Source: Myxococcota bacterium (GTDB lineage: Bacteria; Myxococcota_A; SURF-8; G963663525). Taken from it: a stretch of DNA of 64,000 bases. Below are positions 29,994 to 42,662 of this stretch, piece after piece. Positions within the stretch are counted from its first letter, which is position 1. Every line of letters begins with the position of its first letter. The position numbers and the translations under genes are program-made. Where the stretch lies: contig CAXXVK010000060.1 in assembly GCA_963676915.2 (NCBI GenBank), forward strand, positions 96,001 through 160,000, read 5' to 3'. A model generated the notes under the pieces. The model searched no databases and was not told the origin of the DNA. It saw nothing but the letters and a program-made list of their open reading frames with translations.

Positions 29994-30596
29994 ATGAAAA
30001 AATATTTCTCCCTCTTTTTTGCACTGGCGTTGTGGTTTACGGCGGCAGAAGCTTCGGCGATGAATACTACCTGGCAATTGGACAACGCCCACAGCGAGGT
30101 AGGGTTTTCGGTGCGTCACTTGGGAATTTCCAACGTCAAAGGCCGATTCACATCCTTTTCCGCTGAAATCGAAGCCGACAAGCAAACGGGGAAACTCGTG
30201 AAGGTCAAGGCTGTGGCCAAAGCCGATAGCGTCAATACCGGAATCGACGCCCGAGACAATCATCTGCGCGGTGCGGATTTCTTCGACGTGTCGAAATTCC
30301 CGGAAATCAAGATGGTTTCCCGCTCGATCAAGGTCAAAGGCGACGAAGCGACGATGATCGTAGATTTCACAATGAAAGGAATCACGAAAACCGTGACCTT
30401 CAAGGGAGAATATCTGGGGTCGCAAAAAGCGGACTTCGGCAACGGACCGACTTTGCGTGCGGGTTACAGTTTTTCTGGAAAGATCAGTCGTAAAGCGTTC
30501 GGACTGACCTGGAACAACCTGATCGAAGGAACGGCCGCCGTAGGCGATACCGTGAAAATTCACTTCGAGGTGGAGATTTTTCGACCTATGAAATAA
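29994..30596 (+). CDS. yceI: YceI family lipid/polyisoprenoid-binding protein
   Basis: Signal peptide; WQLDNAHSEVGFSVRHLGIS, VNTG...RDNHLRGADFFD. Confidence 0.95.
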   Translation: MKKYFSLFFALALWFTAAEASAMNTTWQLDNAHSEVGFSVRHLGISNVKGRFTSFSAEIEADKQTGKLVKVKAVAKADSVNTGIDARDNHLRGADFFDVSKFPEIKMVSRSIKVKGDEATMIVDFTMKGITKTVTFKGEYLGSQKADFGNGPTLRAGYSFSGKISRKAFGLTWNNLIEGTAAVGDTVKIHFEVEIFRPMK

Positions 30597-30854
30597 TCAC
30601 GAATCCGTTCGAGAGATAATTCCATGGCTACGGCGCTGTCCTCCTTGCCTCCGGTGGAGGACTCGCCGTTGTCCATGAGATTGTGTGAGTCTCAGCACCA
30701 TAGCAAGTCGGAAAACAAGCTTTTCTACATGCAACGAATTCCCAATAAAAGCGTATAATATCTTGTAGTTACATATGATATAACCTCGTTTGAAAGAGCG
30801 ACATCACATCTTTCCACCCTCGCGAGAAAGATAACATTTCTTTCTCTCGCACTA

Positions 30855-31032
30855 ACCCGCATAATTCATGAAGAATCACCTACGACTTGAAAACTCTTGA
30901 TCTTTCATTCGTTTCCCGATTTTTTTAACCTCAACAACCTGTCAAGGTTGCTTCCGTTAAAAAATCACTCCAACGTCATGAAAGTTCTTCGGTTTTCGGC
31001 GTCTCGCTACGATCCTCATGAAGTATGCGGGA
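30855..31032. mobile_element. MITE, copy 1 (about 178 bp)
   Basis: Terminal inverted repeats ACCCGCATAATTCATGA / TCATGAAGTATGCGGG; similar along its length to the reverse complement of 47651-47826. Confidence 0.85.
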
Positions 31033-31217
31033 TAAATTCTTCAAATCCACTTCCCAACGCTATTTTTCCTCCCCCATCCATCGACGGCAAACCATGACTT
31101 CCTTTCTTGGCGAGTCGGGCGAGTTGTGCTAGATTCGAAACAAGTGAAACATACCGCCGAGAAGGATGTTGCGTTTCGTTTTCGGCATGACATCGACCCC
31201 AAGACACGGAAACCGTT

Positions 31218-31886
31218 ATGGAAATCGTCTCCCCCCAAGTCATTGTTGAAACGCCGCCCGAACACATCGAAGAATATGTTCGGATGATCGAGCGATACGG
31301 TCGGGTCTGCTACAAGTCCGAGGAGCGCATCACCGAGGGAACCGCCGAGCCGTTCATCCAGAAATACATGATCGAGCGAGGTCATGAATCCGTGCTGGAG
31401 CATTGTTCCGTCACGGTGCGATTTATCTGCGATCGTTCCGCTTCTCACCAACTGGTGCGGCATCGTCTGGGATCGTTTTCGCAGGAATCCCAACGGTATT
31501 GCAATTATGGAAAGAAAGGGCTTCAGGTTATCTGTCCGCCGTCGATCGCCCGCCGCGCCGCGTTGTATGACCACTGGTGCGCTCACGTCGAACAGGCGGA
31601 AAACGAATACAACTATCTGCTGGAGGCGGGAATTCCTCCCGAGGACGCCCGCAGCGTCCTGCCCAATTGCACGAAAACCGAAATCGTGGCGACCTTCAAT
31701 CTTCGGCAATGGCGGCACGTTTTCCAGCAACGGGCGCTCAACCCGCGGGCGCAGTGGCAGATCCGCGAACTGATGACCGAGTTGCTCAAGCAGTTTTCCA
31801 AGCTGATTCCGGCCGTGTTCGAGGATATGCAACGAAAAATCCTTTACAAGCTGGTATTCGAGCAAAAAGGGGATGTGGACGACTAA
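31218..31886 (+). CDS. thyX: FAD-dependent thymidylate synthase
   Basis: GHESVLEH, HQLVRHRLGSFSQESQRY signature, EDARSVLP, AQWQIR. Confidence 0.96.
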   Translation: MEIVSPQVIVETPPEHIEEYVRMIERYGRVCYKSEERITEGTAEPFIQKYMIERGHESVLEHCSVTVRFICDRSASHQLVRHRLGSFSQESQRYCNYGKKGLQVICPPSIARRAALYDHWCAHVEQAENEYNYLLEAGIPPEDARSVLPNCTKTEIVATFNLRQWRHVFQQRALNPRAQWQIRELMTELLKQFSKLIPAVFEDMQRKILYKLVFEQKGDVDD

Positions 31887-32039
31887 AGCGTCGCTTTCCC
31901 TTTCATGTACGCAGGTTCGAGCGGTTCTTTCTTTTTCCGCTCGAAATTGGATCGGACCTGCGAGCCGGTCCACCATTCCGAAGTCGTTTCGGCGAATTTG
32001 GACGATGTCTTTATTGGTAGTGAAAGAGAAAGCTATAAA

Positions 32040-35000
32040 ATGGTGAAAAATCACTGGTCGGCCTGTCGTAACGTCATCATGAGTTGTTGGCTTCTCGGGG
32101 TGCTGCTGCTCTCCGGAATGGCACGAGCCGAAACGAAGATCGTCAACCCGTGGGAAACCCGTTTCGACCAATACGCCCGTACGGCGCTGAAACAATCCTC
32201 CGGTCCCGAAGGTCTGGCGGCGATGCAAGACGCCGTTCGTATACATGACAAACTCTCGAACGGCGAAAAACTGTTCGACCTCAGTCGAAAACTGCTCGAA
32301 AAGAAAAAAGTCGGCGTCGAATTGCGTCGTTTGGCCCAATGGCAACTCTATCGGAAAGCCTGGACGACCGACAACGGCGCAGAGGTCGAAAAAATTCTGT
32401 CGAAACTGGGAGTTGTCCGTCATTGGCGCTTCGTCGGTCCTTTCGATAACGAGGGCGGAACGGGTCACGATCGAAGTTTTGCGCCGGAAGAGGAATTCAA
32501 CCTTTCGGCCAGCTATTCCGGCAAGGAACGTCCGGTTTCTTGGCGCGATTTCCCGGATTTTCCCAGCAACGGTCGCCTGCGATTCAACCGCGTTATGACG
32601 CCAGCGGAACGAACGACCGTATACGCTCAGTCCTGGGTGCAGTCTAAGAAAAATGTCAATGTCCTGGCGTTTTTCGCTTCGTCCGGTGCGGCCAAGATCT
32701 GGATCAACGGAAAACAGGTTCACGAGCAGGAAAACGGACGAGACTGGGGAACGTCTCAGGATGCTTTTCACATTCGCTTGAAGAAGGGATTCAACGAAAT
32801 CGTCGTCAAAATCTCTTCCAAGGACCGCAGCTCGTCGTTCAGGCTTTCTCTGGCCGACCGGCGACGTGGGATGGTGGTCAAAGGCCTGCATGTTCTGAAT
32901 ACCGACGAACGCACCCGACAGGCGCAAAAACTGAAAACGTCGCGTCCCCTGAAAACAGGGAAAATCCGTGCGTTTCCGCTGATGCATGACAAGGTTGTAA
33001 AAAAAGCCAACAAGGGAAAACATGCCGCGCAAGCCTTGCTCGCCGCGCGCCTGCTGTACGAAAACCGTGATTTTCTGACCGAAAGCAAGCTCGACGAGGA
33101 GTTTTTGCGACAGGCATTGGAGACCAAACGACCCAGTGCGGCCTTGTACGAAGCCTGTATACGGATCGAAGACAACGCCAATCGTCGGCGGCATTGCATC
33201 GAGGATTGGATGTCCCTTGAGCCTACAAATCCCCGTCCCCGATGGCAACTGGCGCGGGAACTTCGAAAAATGCGCCACGATACGTTGGCTCGTAAAGAGT
33301 TGAATCAACTGGTGAAACGTCCCGAAGCCATGGTTATCGCCGAGTTGGAACTGGCACGCCTGGATGCTGCCGACAGCCTGCCGGGTCGTGCGCTCGCTCG
33401 GGTACGAAGGGCACAACAAGCCCTTCCTAAAGTCGTGTACCTTAAGGAAGAACTTCTAAAACGCTACCGCGCCGAAGGCATGACCGCAAACACCCGTGCT
33501 CTGGAAGACGACTTGCTGGAGCGCGACCGTAGGGACCACAACCTGCTTTCTCGTCTGTATCATCGGCAGATTCAATTGGAGCAGCCCGAAAAAGCGCTCG
33601 AAACGCTCAACCGCATGATGGTATTGCGACCCTACAAAATCTATCCTCGTCAACGAAAAGCGGTGTTGTTGGAGTCCCTTGGTAAATCCGAAGAGGCTCG
33701 CTCCGTGCTGCTGGCAGGACTCGAACTGTTTCCCGAATCCCACGAATTGCTTGAAAGCCTGGGACATTTCGAACGGGCGCAGGGAAACATCCCCGAAGCG
33801 ATTCGTTACTTCGAAAACGCTTTGGCTATCGTACCGCAAAATCCCGAATTGAGCCGCTACGTGGCGCAACTAAGTCCGCAGGTTCCCGCTTTCGAAGAGG
33901 AATTCCTCGTGGATGCCGAAGCCTGGATCGCTTCCCATCCGCCCATTGAAAACGACGATACCCTATCGCGCCAATTGCTGTCTTTGAACGTTTATAAAGT
34001 ACATGCCAACGGATTGTTCAGCGTGTTTCACCAATCCCTGGTTCGGGTCAACACCTTCAGCGCCGTGGAAAACTACCGGGTGCAGTACGAAAGTTACTCT
34101 GCCGACAGTCAGTCCTTGACGGTGCAAAAGGCCCGGATTTTCAAACCCGACGGGAGGATCATCGAGCGCTCGGCGATTCGGGAACACGGGATGAACGAGC
34201 GCTATAAAATGTTTTTCGACTACCGCAGCACCTCGATTCATTTCGATGAGCTGGCTCCCGGCGACGTGATCGAAATCCGTTACCGTCTCGACGACACCGC
34301 CCGCAACAATCTTTTCGCCGATTATTTCGGATTTTTGGAACCTCTGCGGAAAACGGAGCCGATAACCCATGCCGAAGTGGTCGTATTGGCTCCGAAAGAC
34401 AAAAAACTGTACTGGAACCACCCGGTCGAAGCTCCCGAACCGCTGGTCGAGGCACGAGGCGACGAAGTCTTGTACCGGTGGTTGGCTCAAGACGTACCGA
34501 AAATCAAAAATGAACCCAACATGCCGAGCCTGTTCGAGATTGCAGCTCCTTTGAAAGTGTCTACGTTCAAAGACTGGCAGCACATGGGTAGCTGGTACTG
34601 GGGATTGATCGAAGACCAGTTGGACGCCGGAGAAGAGTTGCGGAGCAAGGCCAGAGAGATCGCCGCCGGAGCCGAAAGCGTCGAGGAAAAAGTCAAAGCC
34701 GTATACGATTGGGTGGTGCGCAATACCCGGTACATCGGCCTGGAGTTCGGCATTCACAGCTATAAACCCTATCAGGTCAACGACATCTATCAACGAAAGT
34801 TCGGAGATTGCAAAGACAAGGCGTCGCTGATGGTCGCTATGCTGGACGAACTGGGCGTGAAAGCTCAAATGGTGGTGCTGCGCACCAGCAACCTGGGAGC
34901 CATCGAGCCGTATCCCCCGGCGCTCAACATGTTCAACCACGCCATCGCTTACGTTCCGGCCCTGGATCTTTACCTGGACGGTACCGCCCGAATTCGCGGG

Positions 35001-35754
35001 TACCGGCGAGTTGCACGCTTTCGACCGGCGCGGTCAGGCCATGGTGCTCGACTCTGAAAACGTACGATTCACGCAGATTCCCCCACTGGACCCGGAAAAG
35101 AATTTTACGGAACAGGTGCAGGATATCGTCTGGTCGGGCAACGAGGCTGTGACGATGACGGGCGAGTTTATCGTGCATGGCGTGCAGGCTCCTTCGTTAC
35201 GAAGAGCCTTGCAGGATGTCGCCCAGCGGCGGGAAACTCTCGAACGCCTGTTCAACCGCAGTTTCCCGGGCTCCGAGCTTGTGTCCTACGAACTGAAAGA
35301 TCTAGACGACTTCGAGAGACCGCCACGACTGGATTTCGAGTTGAACGTACCGGACATGGCCCGTAAGGAAGGCTCGAACTGGGTGATTCCCGGCAGTTCC
35401 GAAACCCGTTTCGAAAAGAGACTTGCCCCGCAATCCGAGCGGGAGCATCCGTTGGTGATCGCCCAGCCTGATAACGCTACGATTACCACTCTTTTCAAAT
35501 TTCCCGAAGGAGCGCGAACGATTCGATTGCCCGAAAGTGTTTCGATCGACAAACCGTTCGGGCGCTTCAGCTTCGAGGTGAACGTCAAGCCCGAAGGGGT
35601 CGAAATCCAGCGCTCGGTGCAATTCCTGCACCCGAAGATTTCTCCCAAGGACTATCCCGAATTCAAGCGTTTTTGCCAGGAAATCGACAAAGCGACACGA
35701 CAGTTGATCGTACTCGACACCGAGGGAGGGCAGCATGTCCGGGCGAACCCGTAA
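32040..35754 (+). CDS. Large exported TPR + DUF3857 + transglutaminase-like protein (active type); apparent frameshift near 34990
   Basis: Hydrophobic signal; WRFVGPFDN module; TPRs; LAPGDVIEIRY; GDCKDKA, FNHAIAY, YLDGT triad. The C-terminal domain continues in ORF 35011-35754. Confidence 0.85.
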
Positions 35755-38700
35755 CCCGATGACAGGATATCGCGCAATGTTTCGTATTTTAGGAGGAGTT
35801 TGCATCGCGTTTCTCGCGAGTGCATGGATTTTCGGCTGCGCGAAACCGTCCCACGGCGTGTTTTCCGCACCGCCGGATTCCCCGAAGCTGATGGCGGCGA
35901 AAAATCCGCAGAACCCTTCGTATGAAGAACAGGTCATCGCCGGTTGGATCGCCTGGATCTACGACGGGAACCCGCAAGAAGCCGAGCGGAGATTTCGTCT
36001 GGCCGCCGAAATGGAACCTTTCGGGGGAGACGCCTGCTTCGGGCTGTCCTTGCTAGCCTGGACCCAGGGACGCACCAACGATGCGCTGCAATGTTTTCTG
36101 CGGGTGATTCAAAACGATCCCGCCAGCCCGGAAGCGGAGATTTCGGGCCGGTTGGTTCAGCGTCTGTATTCCGAGGTCAAAGGCTATCGCAAGCAGGTTG
36201 CTCCCGTAATGGATTTCGCGTTGGATGATCCCCGGACCTCGCCCGTGCTGCGAACCATCGCAGCCAACCTCAAGTATCGTATCCACGAATCCAAAGGCGA
36301 GTTCGAGCGCGCCCGGAGAACGGAACGCCACCTCGGCACGCAAAACCGCTGGCTCTACGTCGGGCCGTTCGGACGATACGGCTGGCTGGATCTCGACGAA
36401 CCGTTCCTTCCCGAACAGCCGGGGACGGTCAAAGCCGTCTATCCGACGATGCGCGGCGAAGCCGAAACCTACGAGATCGACCGAAAGCAAACCGGTAGCA
36501 ATTTCAGGGATTTTGCGAAAAGCGGCGGTGTATTCTATGCGGCGGCGTATTTTCATCTGCAACGGGCGGAACGGCTTCAATTTTCCTTGGAAAGCAACGA
36601 ACCGGTGGCGGTGTTGCTGGACGATCAACAGGCTTTCATTCGAGACGTACGCACTCAACAGCTCCCACCGGTAACCCGCCGTTCCCTATGGGTCGAAGCG
36701 GGGTGGCACAAGATTCTCGTGAAAGTCGGTTCGGTCTGGACACGGGCCGATTTCGATCTCTCCATTCTTCGACGCGACGGCCTGCCCGTGGTTTTCGACT
36801 GGAAAGCCACGTTGAAGGACCAACCCGCCTATCAACTCGGCAACTGGAAAGCGGACGACCCGATGCCGGATGCCGCCGAGACCTGCACCAAACTTCTCGA
36901 ACGCTATCCGAACGACCGCCTGCTTCGCTTTCAAACTCTTCTGGCGTACTGGTTGAAAAAGGATTTCGAAGCGGTTCAGCGCGTTTTGCCCGACTTCGAA
37001 GCGAGTCTTTCCGAATTTGCAGCGTTTCAAACGATTCGTGGCGAAATGACGCGGGAAAATTCCATGTTTGCCGCAGGGAATGGCCAGGGATCTTTCCCTC
37101 GCGGCCTATCGCAAGGCGGTGGAACTCGATCCGGGTCAGGCGATCGCTCAACAACGACTGGCCGAAACGGAAATCGAGGAAGAACAGATCGATCCGGCGA
37201 TAGAACGTCTGGAAAACCTGAAAAAACAGGCACCGAAAAACTACGCCTGGGGACATGATGCTGTACCGTCTGTACAACGCCAGAAACTGGAAAACCGAAG
37301 CCGACCTTGCATTGGCCTCGGCGCTGGCGATCAACGACGAAAATCCTTCCGTGCTGGAAACCGCCATCATGCAGGCCGAAGGGAAAAATCGCTTCGAAGA
37401 GGTAAAAACTCTCCAGGCCCGGCTATTGGAACTCGATCCCAACCACACCAGTCCGATTCGAAGATTGGAAGAAATGGGCGAAACGGAAAAGGCTCTTGCG
37501 CTATGGCGCGAACGCATCGAGCGAAACCCGGAAAACGCTTGGTATCGTCTGCAATTGGCCAAACTGCTGCTGTCGGTCAATCGCCTGGACGAAGCGCAAA
37601 CCGAGTACACGATGCTGAATCTCTGGCCGGGACGAACCTATTGGTATGCGTTTCAACGTGCCGACCTGGAATTTCTCGATGGCAATCCCGAAGAAGCCTT
37701 GCGGATTCTCGAAGAGGCAATGGGCGACAAGCCCGAATCGTTCAGTATTCGCCGATTTCTGTTCGAAGGACGAAGGCCGGGAGCTACTGGAACGCTACCG
37801 ACTGGACGGCATGGCGATCCTCGACGAATTGAAAGAAGAAACCTACGCCCCCGAAGCCGGGGAACTGCTGGTGTTGGATTCCGTGGTGGAGATTCTCTTC
37901 GAAGACGGCACGGAAGTCAGCCGCGTTCACCACATTACCCGAATGCAAAGCAAGGAATCGGTGGATCGCCACAGCGAGATTAGCCTACCCGGAAATGCCG
38001 CTTTGTATCAGGCACGATTGATCAAGCCGGACGGTCGAACGTTCCAACCTTTGAAATTCGACGGCAAGAAAAGCCTTTCGTTTCCTGAGGCGGCCATCGG
38101 CGATTGTATCGAAATGGATTACGTGATCTCCCGTCATTCGTCCTGGACGTTTGGTCGCCCCCATTTTGAAGGCGGTTTCTATTTCCGTATGCCCGAAACG
38201 CCTGTGTATCGCTCTCGCTTCGTCGCCATTCATCCGGAAAACATGTCCATCGAATTCGCTCCTCGTAATTATTCCGAGGAACCTCCGGTCGAAACGAAAC
38301 AGGACGGCTGGCTCGTTCATACCTGGAAAAACCGAAAAATGGACGAACTCGTGCCCGAACCCATGGGACCGCCAAGCCGCTACTATCAACCGAAAATTAC
38401 AGTCGTCACGCCGATGGAATGGGAAGCTTTGCGCGATTTCTACCGGCAGAAAATTCGTCGTCTGACACGCCCTTCGGCAGCATTGGAACACTACCTCGCC
38501 GAGCATGATCCCGGTGTCGCAACGGGGGAATTCCATCGTGCCGAAACCTTGTTTTACGATCTCGCCGAAACGATCAACGGCGATGGGAAAGCCGGAACTT
38601 TGCGTAGCGACGCCACACAGATTCTTCTTTCGAAAAACGGGAATCGGACGCTGGTACTGGCCGCATTGCTGAACATGGCAGGCATTCGCAACCGCTTCGT

Positions 38701-39593
38701 TCTGGCTCGGCCGCTGACCTTTCCCGAACCCGAGACGGATTGGGTGCTCAACAGTTTGTACGACGACCTGATGCTCGAAGTGTTTCCCGCCGACCACGAA
38801 CCGGTGATCGTCGATTCCGAACGCAAACGTTCCTTTTTCGGACGAACCAGCCCGATTCTCAGTGGAGCCGAAATCCTACCGCTGGAAGACGGACCGGTGT
38901 TTTCGCGCCTGGCGGTGCGAAGTTCGATTCCCGATCTGCGTTGGCTGGAAATGGCGGTGCAGTTGACCCCGGAAGGGCATGCGAAGATCGCTATTGCCGA
39001 ATCCGCCGATGGGTATTATTCCGCAGGCTACCGTAATGTTCTGGAACGCATTCCGCCTGATCGAATGAACATGGCTTTGGAATCGCTGCTGAATACGAAT
39101 TTCTGGGGTGCGAAGCTCAACGAATTCGAAATCCTGAACCTCGAAGAACCCCGTAAACCCTTGCTGCTGAACTACGATTTTTCAGCACTGCAACTTGCGA
39201 GAAAAACCGGCATCGATGCGTTTGCGACTCGAAAAAGGGTTTTACCCGCTGAACCTGACCCGCAGTTACATCAAGCTCCCGATGCGGCGTTATCCGTTGT
39301 ACGTCAATGCGCCCAACAGCTCGGTGATGCAGGTCGAACTTTCTCCACCGGAAGGCTACCGTTTCGAGAGCTATCCCGAAAGCCGAGAGATTCACAGTCG
39401 GTTCGGCGTGGTGCGGTTTTCGATCGAACTGAGAGAGGGCCGCTTGATCCTGCTACGGAGGCACGCCATTCCCGTACAGGTGATTTCTCCCAAAGATTAC
39501 GCGGATTTCTTCACGTTCTGCCAAGAAGTGGACCGCTTCGAGAAACAACCGATCCTGCTGAAGAAGGAAGATCCCATCGCCTTAGCAGACTAG
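35735..39593 (+). CDS. Large TPR + DUF3857 + degenerate transglutaminase-like lipoprotein; about four apparent frameshifts
   Basis: Lipobox IFGC; WLYVGPFG; TPRs; IGDCIEMDY; ends YADFFTFCQEVD like its upstream paralogue. Pieces: 35735-37258, 37068-, 37255-, 37646- and 39195-39593. Confidence 0.75.
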
Positions 39594-39604
39594 TTGTTTA
39601 GGGA

Positions 39605-39735
39605 GTAGGTCGGGCAAATTTCTTGCCCGACAAATCCTTTTCCTATCGATGGAGCAGGATTGTATCCTGCTCCTCACGTTTTGCTATGAGAAGACAAACG
39701 TGTGGACGGGGATACAATCCCCGTCCTTCGATAGG
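39605..39735. repeat. REP family A single (39605-39631) plus REP family B doublet (39642-39735)
   Basis: GTAGGTCGGGCAAATTTCTTGCCCGAC; GATGGAGCAGGAT-TGT-ATCCTGCTCC...GGACGGGGAT-ACA-ATCCCCGTCC. Confidence 0.85.
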
Positions 39736-39780
39736 GAAATTATCGGGTGAAAATTAATTGATTTACGAAAAGGATTTCTT

Positions 39781-40659
39781 CTAGGCTTTTTGGGCGAACA
39801 CGGCTCGGGGTTTGTCGGTCAGGTCGTTTTCGGCACGAACCGATTCCCAGATGTGTGACCGTTGCAACGCTTCGACTGCCAACGGCACCGTGTAGTGATC
39901 CAACTCCAGTGCAAGCCAGCCTTTCGGGGCCATTAGCGGAGCTACTTCGTCGATCAACGTCCCTACCCAGCGGAAACCGTCGGTTCCGCCATCGAGGGCC
40001 AGCGTCGGTTCGAACTCGCGGACTTCGCGGGGTAGAGATTCCATCACGGGACTCGGAATATACGGTAGATTCGCCGCCACCAGATCGAAGAATCCCGTTT
40101 TTTCCGCCACGGGTTGGAGTAGATCGCCTTCGAGAAAATGCACCCGCTCGGCCACACCCGCCGCTTCGGCATTGACTCGCGCCAGGTCGAGGGCGTCACG
40201 AGAAACATCCACGGCCCAGACCTCCGCACGAGGCCAGCCTGCCGCCAACGCACAGGCGATCACACCGGAACCGGTACCGACATCCAGCACATGGAGAGGT
40301 CTTAAAGAACCGGAAGATGCGATGGTTTCGAAGATCCGTTCCACCAACCACTCGGTTTCGGGTCGCGGGATCAACACCCGACGATCCACCTGGACTCTCA
40401 GGTCATGAAACGGTTGTTCTCCGGTGATATATTGGACCGGCTCTCCGGTGGCGCGCCTGCGCACCGCCTCGCGGAAACGGTCGCGTTCTTCCTGCAGAAC
40501 GGGTTGATCCCAGCGGGTGTAGAGTTCCATCCGGCGGCAGTCCAGCACCCAGGCCAGCAGAATTTCCGCATCTACACGGGGAGAAGCGATGTTTTTGGAT
40601 TCGAAATAATCGGTGGTCCACTTGATAAGTTCGATTGTCGTCCAGTGTTTTTCAGTCAT
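39781..40659 (-). CDS. prmC: Release factor glutamine methyltransferase
   Basis: RRATGEPVQYITG, VLIPRPETE, LDVGTGSG, ANLPYI, EPTLALDGG. Confidence 0.95.
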   Translation of the reverse strand: MTEKHWTTIELIKWTTDYFESKNIASPRVDAEILLAWVLDCRRMELYTRWDQPVLQEERDRFREAVRRRATGEPVQYITGEQPFHDLRVQVDRRVLIPRPETEWLVERIFETIASSGSLRPLHVLDVGTGSGVIACALAAGWPRAEVWAVDVSRDALDLARVNAEAAGVAERVHFLEGDLLQPVAEKTGFFDLVAANLPYIPSPVMESLPREVREFEPTLALDGGTDGFRWVGTLIDEVAPLMAPKGWLALELDHYTVPLAVEALQRSHIWESVRAENDLTDKPRAVFAQKA

Positions 40660-40778
40660 TGACCAACAAACCGATAGAAACGAATAACTTGCCAGTTGCA
40701 GCAAGCTACGTTAATAATTGAACAAAGTCCAGCTTTCCCAAAATCGTATCAACTTCTGGACCAACAAGGGGCATCGGC

Positions 40779-41649
40779 ATGACGGAACGGATCGGAATCA
40801 TTGGAGGATCGGGTCTGTATCAGATGGACGGACTCGACATCAAAGAGCGCGTCGAGCTTACCACACCTTTCGGTTCTCCTTCCGACGCCTATATGATCGG
40901 CACATTCGCCGGAAAAGAGGTCGTGTTTCTGCCTCGACATGGCAAAAGACACCGTTTTCCGGCCCATCAGGTGAATTACCGGGCCAATGTATATGGAATG
41001 AAGGCGCTGGGCGTCGGTCGGATTCTGAGCGTCTCGGCCACCGGATCGCTTCGGGAACGGTATGCGCCGGGTGACATTGTGCTGATCGATCAGTTTTTCG
41101 ACCGCACACGCAACCGACCTTCCACGTTCTTCGAAGACGGCATTGCCGCCCACATCCTGTTCGCCGATCCGATCTGCCCTCAGTTGAACGATCTGGTTTT
41201 CGACGTTGCCACGGAGGTCGTAGGGAGGCGTGCGCACAAGGGCGGAGCGTATCTTTGCATGAACGGGCCGCAGCTTTCGACCCCGTTGTGCCGAATCTCT
41301 CGCCTACCGTAGCTGGGGGATGGACATCATCGGCATGACCAACCTCACCGAAGCCAAACTCGCACGGGAAGCGGAAATCTGCTACTGCACGATCGCAATG
41401 GTCACGGATTACGATTGCTGGAAAGAGAGCGACGAGCCGTTCAGCGCCGAGAAAATCGTCGAAACCTTCAACGCCAACATCGGAAACGCCAAGAAAATCG
41501 TTCAACGCACCATCGAAGCGCTTCCCGCCGAACCGGAGGACTGCTCCTGCCGCCATGCGTTGAAAGGCGCATTGATGGCCAATCCGGCGTCCATTCCGGA
41601 GGATATCAAGCAACGTCTGGATGTCATTGCCGGACGCTATTGGAAGTAA
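40779..41649 (+). CDS. mtnP: S-methyl-5'-thioadenosine phosphorylase; apparent frameshift near 41283
   Basis: IGIIGGSGLY, TPFGSPSD, FLPRHG, VNYRAN, then GMTNLTEAKLAREAEICY and VTDYDCW. Confidence 0.9.
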
Positions 41650-41710
41650 TCTGTTTCGAAGCGAAAAGAAGGTCTTTTTCCTTTTTTCGCTCTTTTTTGG
41701 AGAAGAAAAT

Positions 41711-42647
41711 ATGTCCGTATTGATCGTAGGTTCCGTAGCTCTGGACACCGTGGAAACCGTCAAAGGAAAGCGGGAAGAAACCCTGGGAGGTTCGGCCACG
41801 TTCTGTTCTTTGGCGGCGGCTTCGTTTGGCGATGTACAACTTGTGGGTGTTGTGGGCAGTGATTTTCCCGAGCGACACGTCGAGTTGTACCGAAGCCACG
41901 GTATCGATCTGGAAGGATTGGAAACCGCTGAAGGGCGAACGTTTCGCTGGGGTGGAAAATATGCCGATGACTTTTCTTCCCGAGAGACGCTAAATACGGA
42001 ATTGGGTGTTTTCGAGCATTTCGACCCGAAATTGCCGGAACGGTATCGCCGATCTCCTTACGTGTTATTGGGCAACATTCAGCCGGACTTGCAAGCCCGC
42101 GTACTCGACCAGACCGAGGGGAAACCTTTTGTGGTCGGCGATACGATGAACCTCTGGATCGACCTGTTCCCGGAAAAAGTCATCGAGTTGCTGCCTCGCC
42201 TGGACGTGTTGACGATCAACGACGAGGAAGCCCGCCAGTTGAGCGGAAAACACAACTTGTCCCAGGCCGCACGCTGGATTCTGGAGCACGGCGTTCGTAC
42301 CTGGTGATCAAGCGGGGTGAGCACGGCGCCAGCGCGTTTGCAAGCGAAGGGCGGCAATTCCATCTGCCTGCCTATTGCGTGGACGACGTAGCCGACCCCA
42401 CCGGTGCGGGCGATACCTTTGCCGGAGCGCTTACCGGCTACATGGCGGCACGAAAAGCCACGGATTTCGAGTCTTTCAAAAAGCTCTGGTCGCCGGAACG
42501 CTGTGGGCCAGTTTCCTTGTCGAGGGCTTTTCGACCGACGGACTGTTACAGTTGAGCCACGAAGACGTTTTCAAGCGGCTGGCTGCTTTCAAGGACAGCA
42601 CGACGCTGCCCGACATGCAACTGGCTCTACCGAAAACGACGCCCTAG
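41711..42647 (+). CDS. PfkB family carbohydrate/nucleoside kinase; apparent frameshifts near 42300 and 42482
   Basis: VGSVALD, LGGSAT, DTMNLWI, INDEEA, IKRGEHG, DPTGAGDTFAG. Confidence 0.88.
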
Positions 42648-42662
42648 GGGGAAGGGAAAATC

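Noticed and set aside
30897-31097. Small paralogous ORFs 30897-31097 and 47601-47813 as a peptide family
   Set aside because: The similarity comes from the MITE sequence; the frames and ends are not conserved.
31041-33419. 792-aa minus-strand ORF, and similar long antisense ORFs such as 13893-15611 and 60405-61595
   Set aside because: They lie antisense to well-supported genes, have no recognisable motifs, and are expected shadows of GC-rich codon usage.
42300-42310. TGA stops in the PfkB kinase and at 37256 as further Sec codons
   Set aside because: The continuations are out of frame and the positions do not align with Cys; single-base indels explain them.
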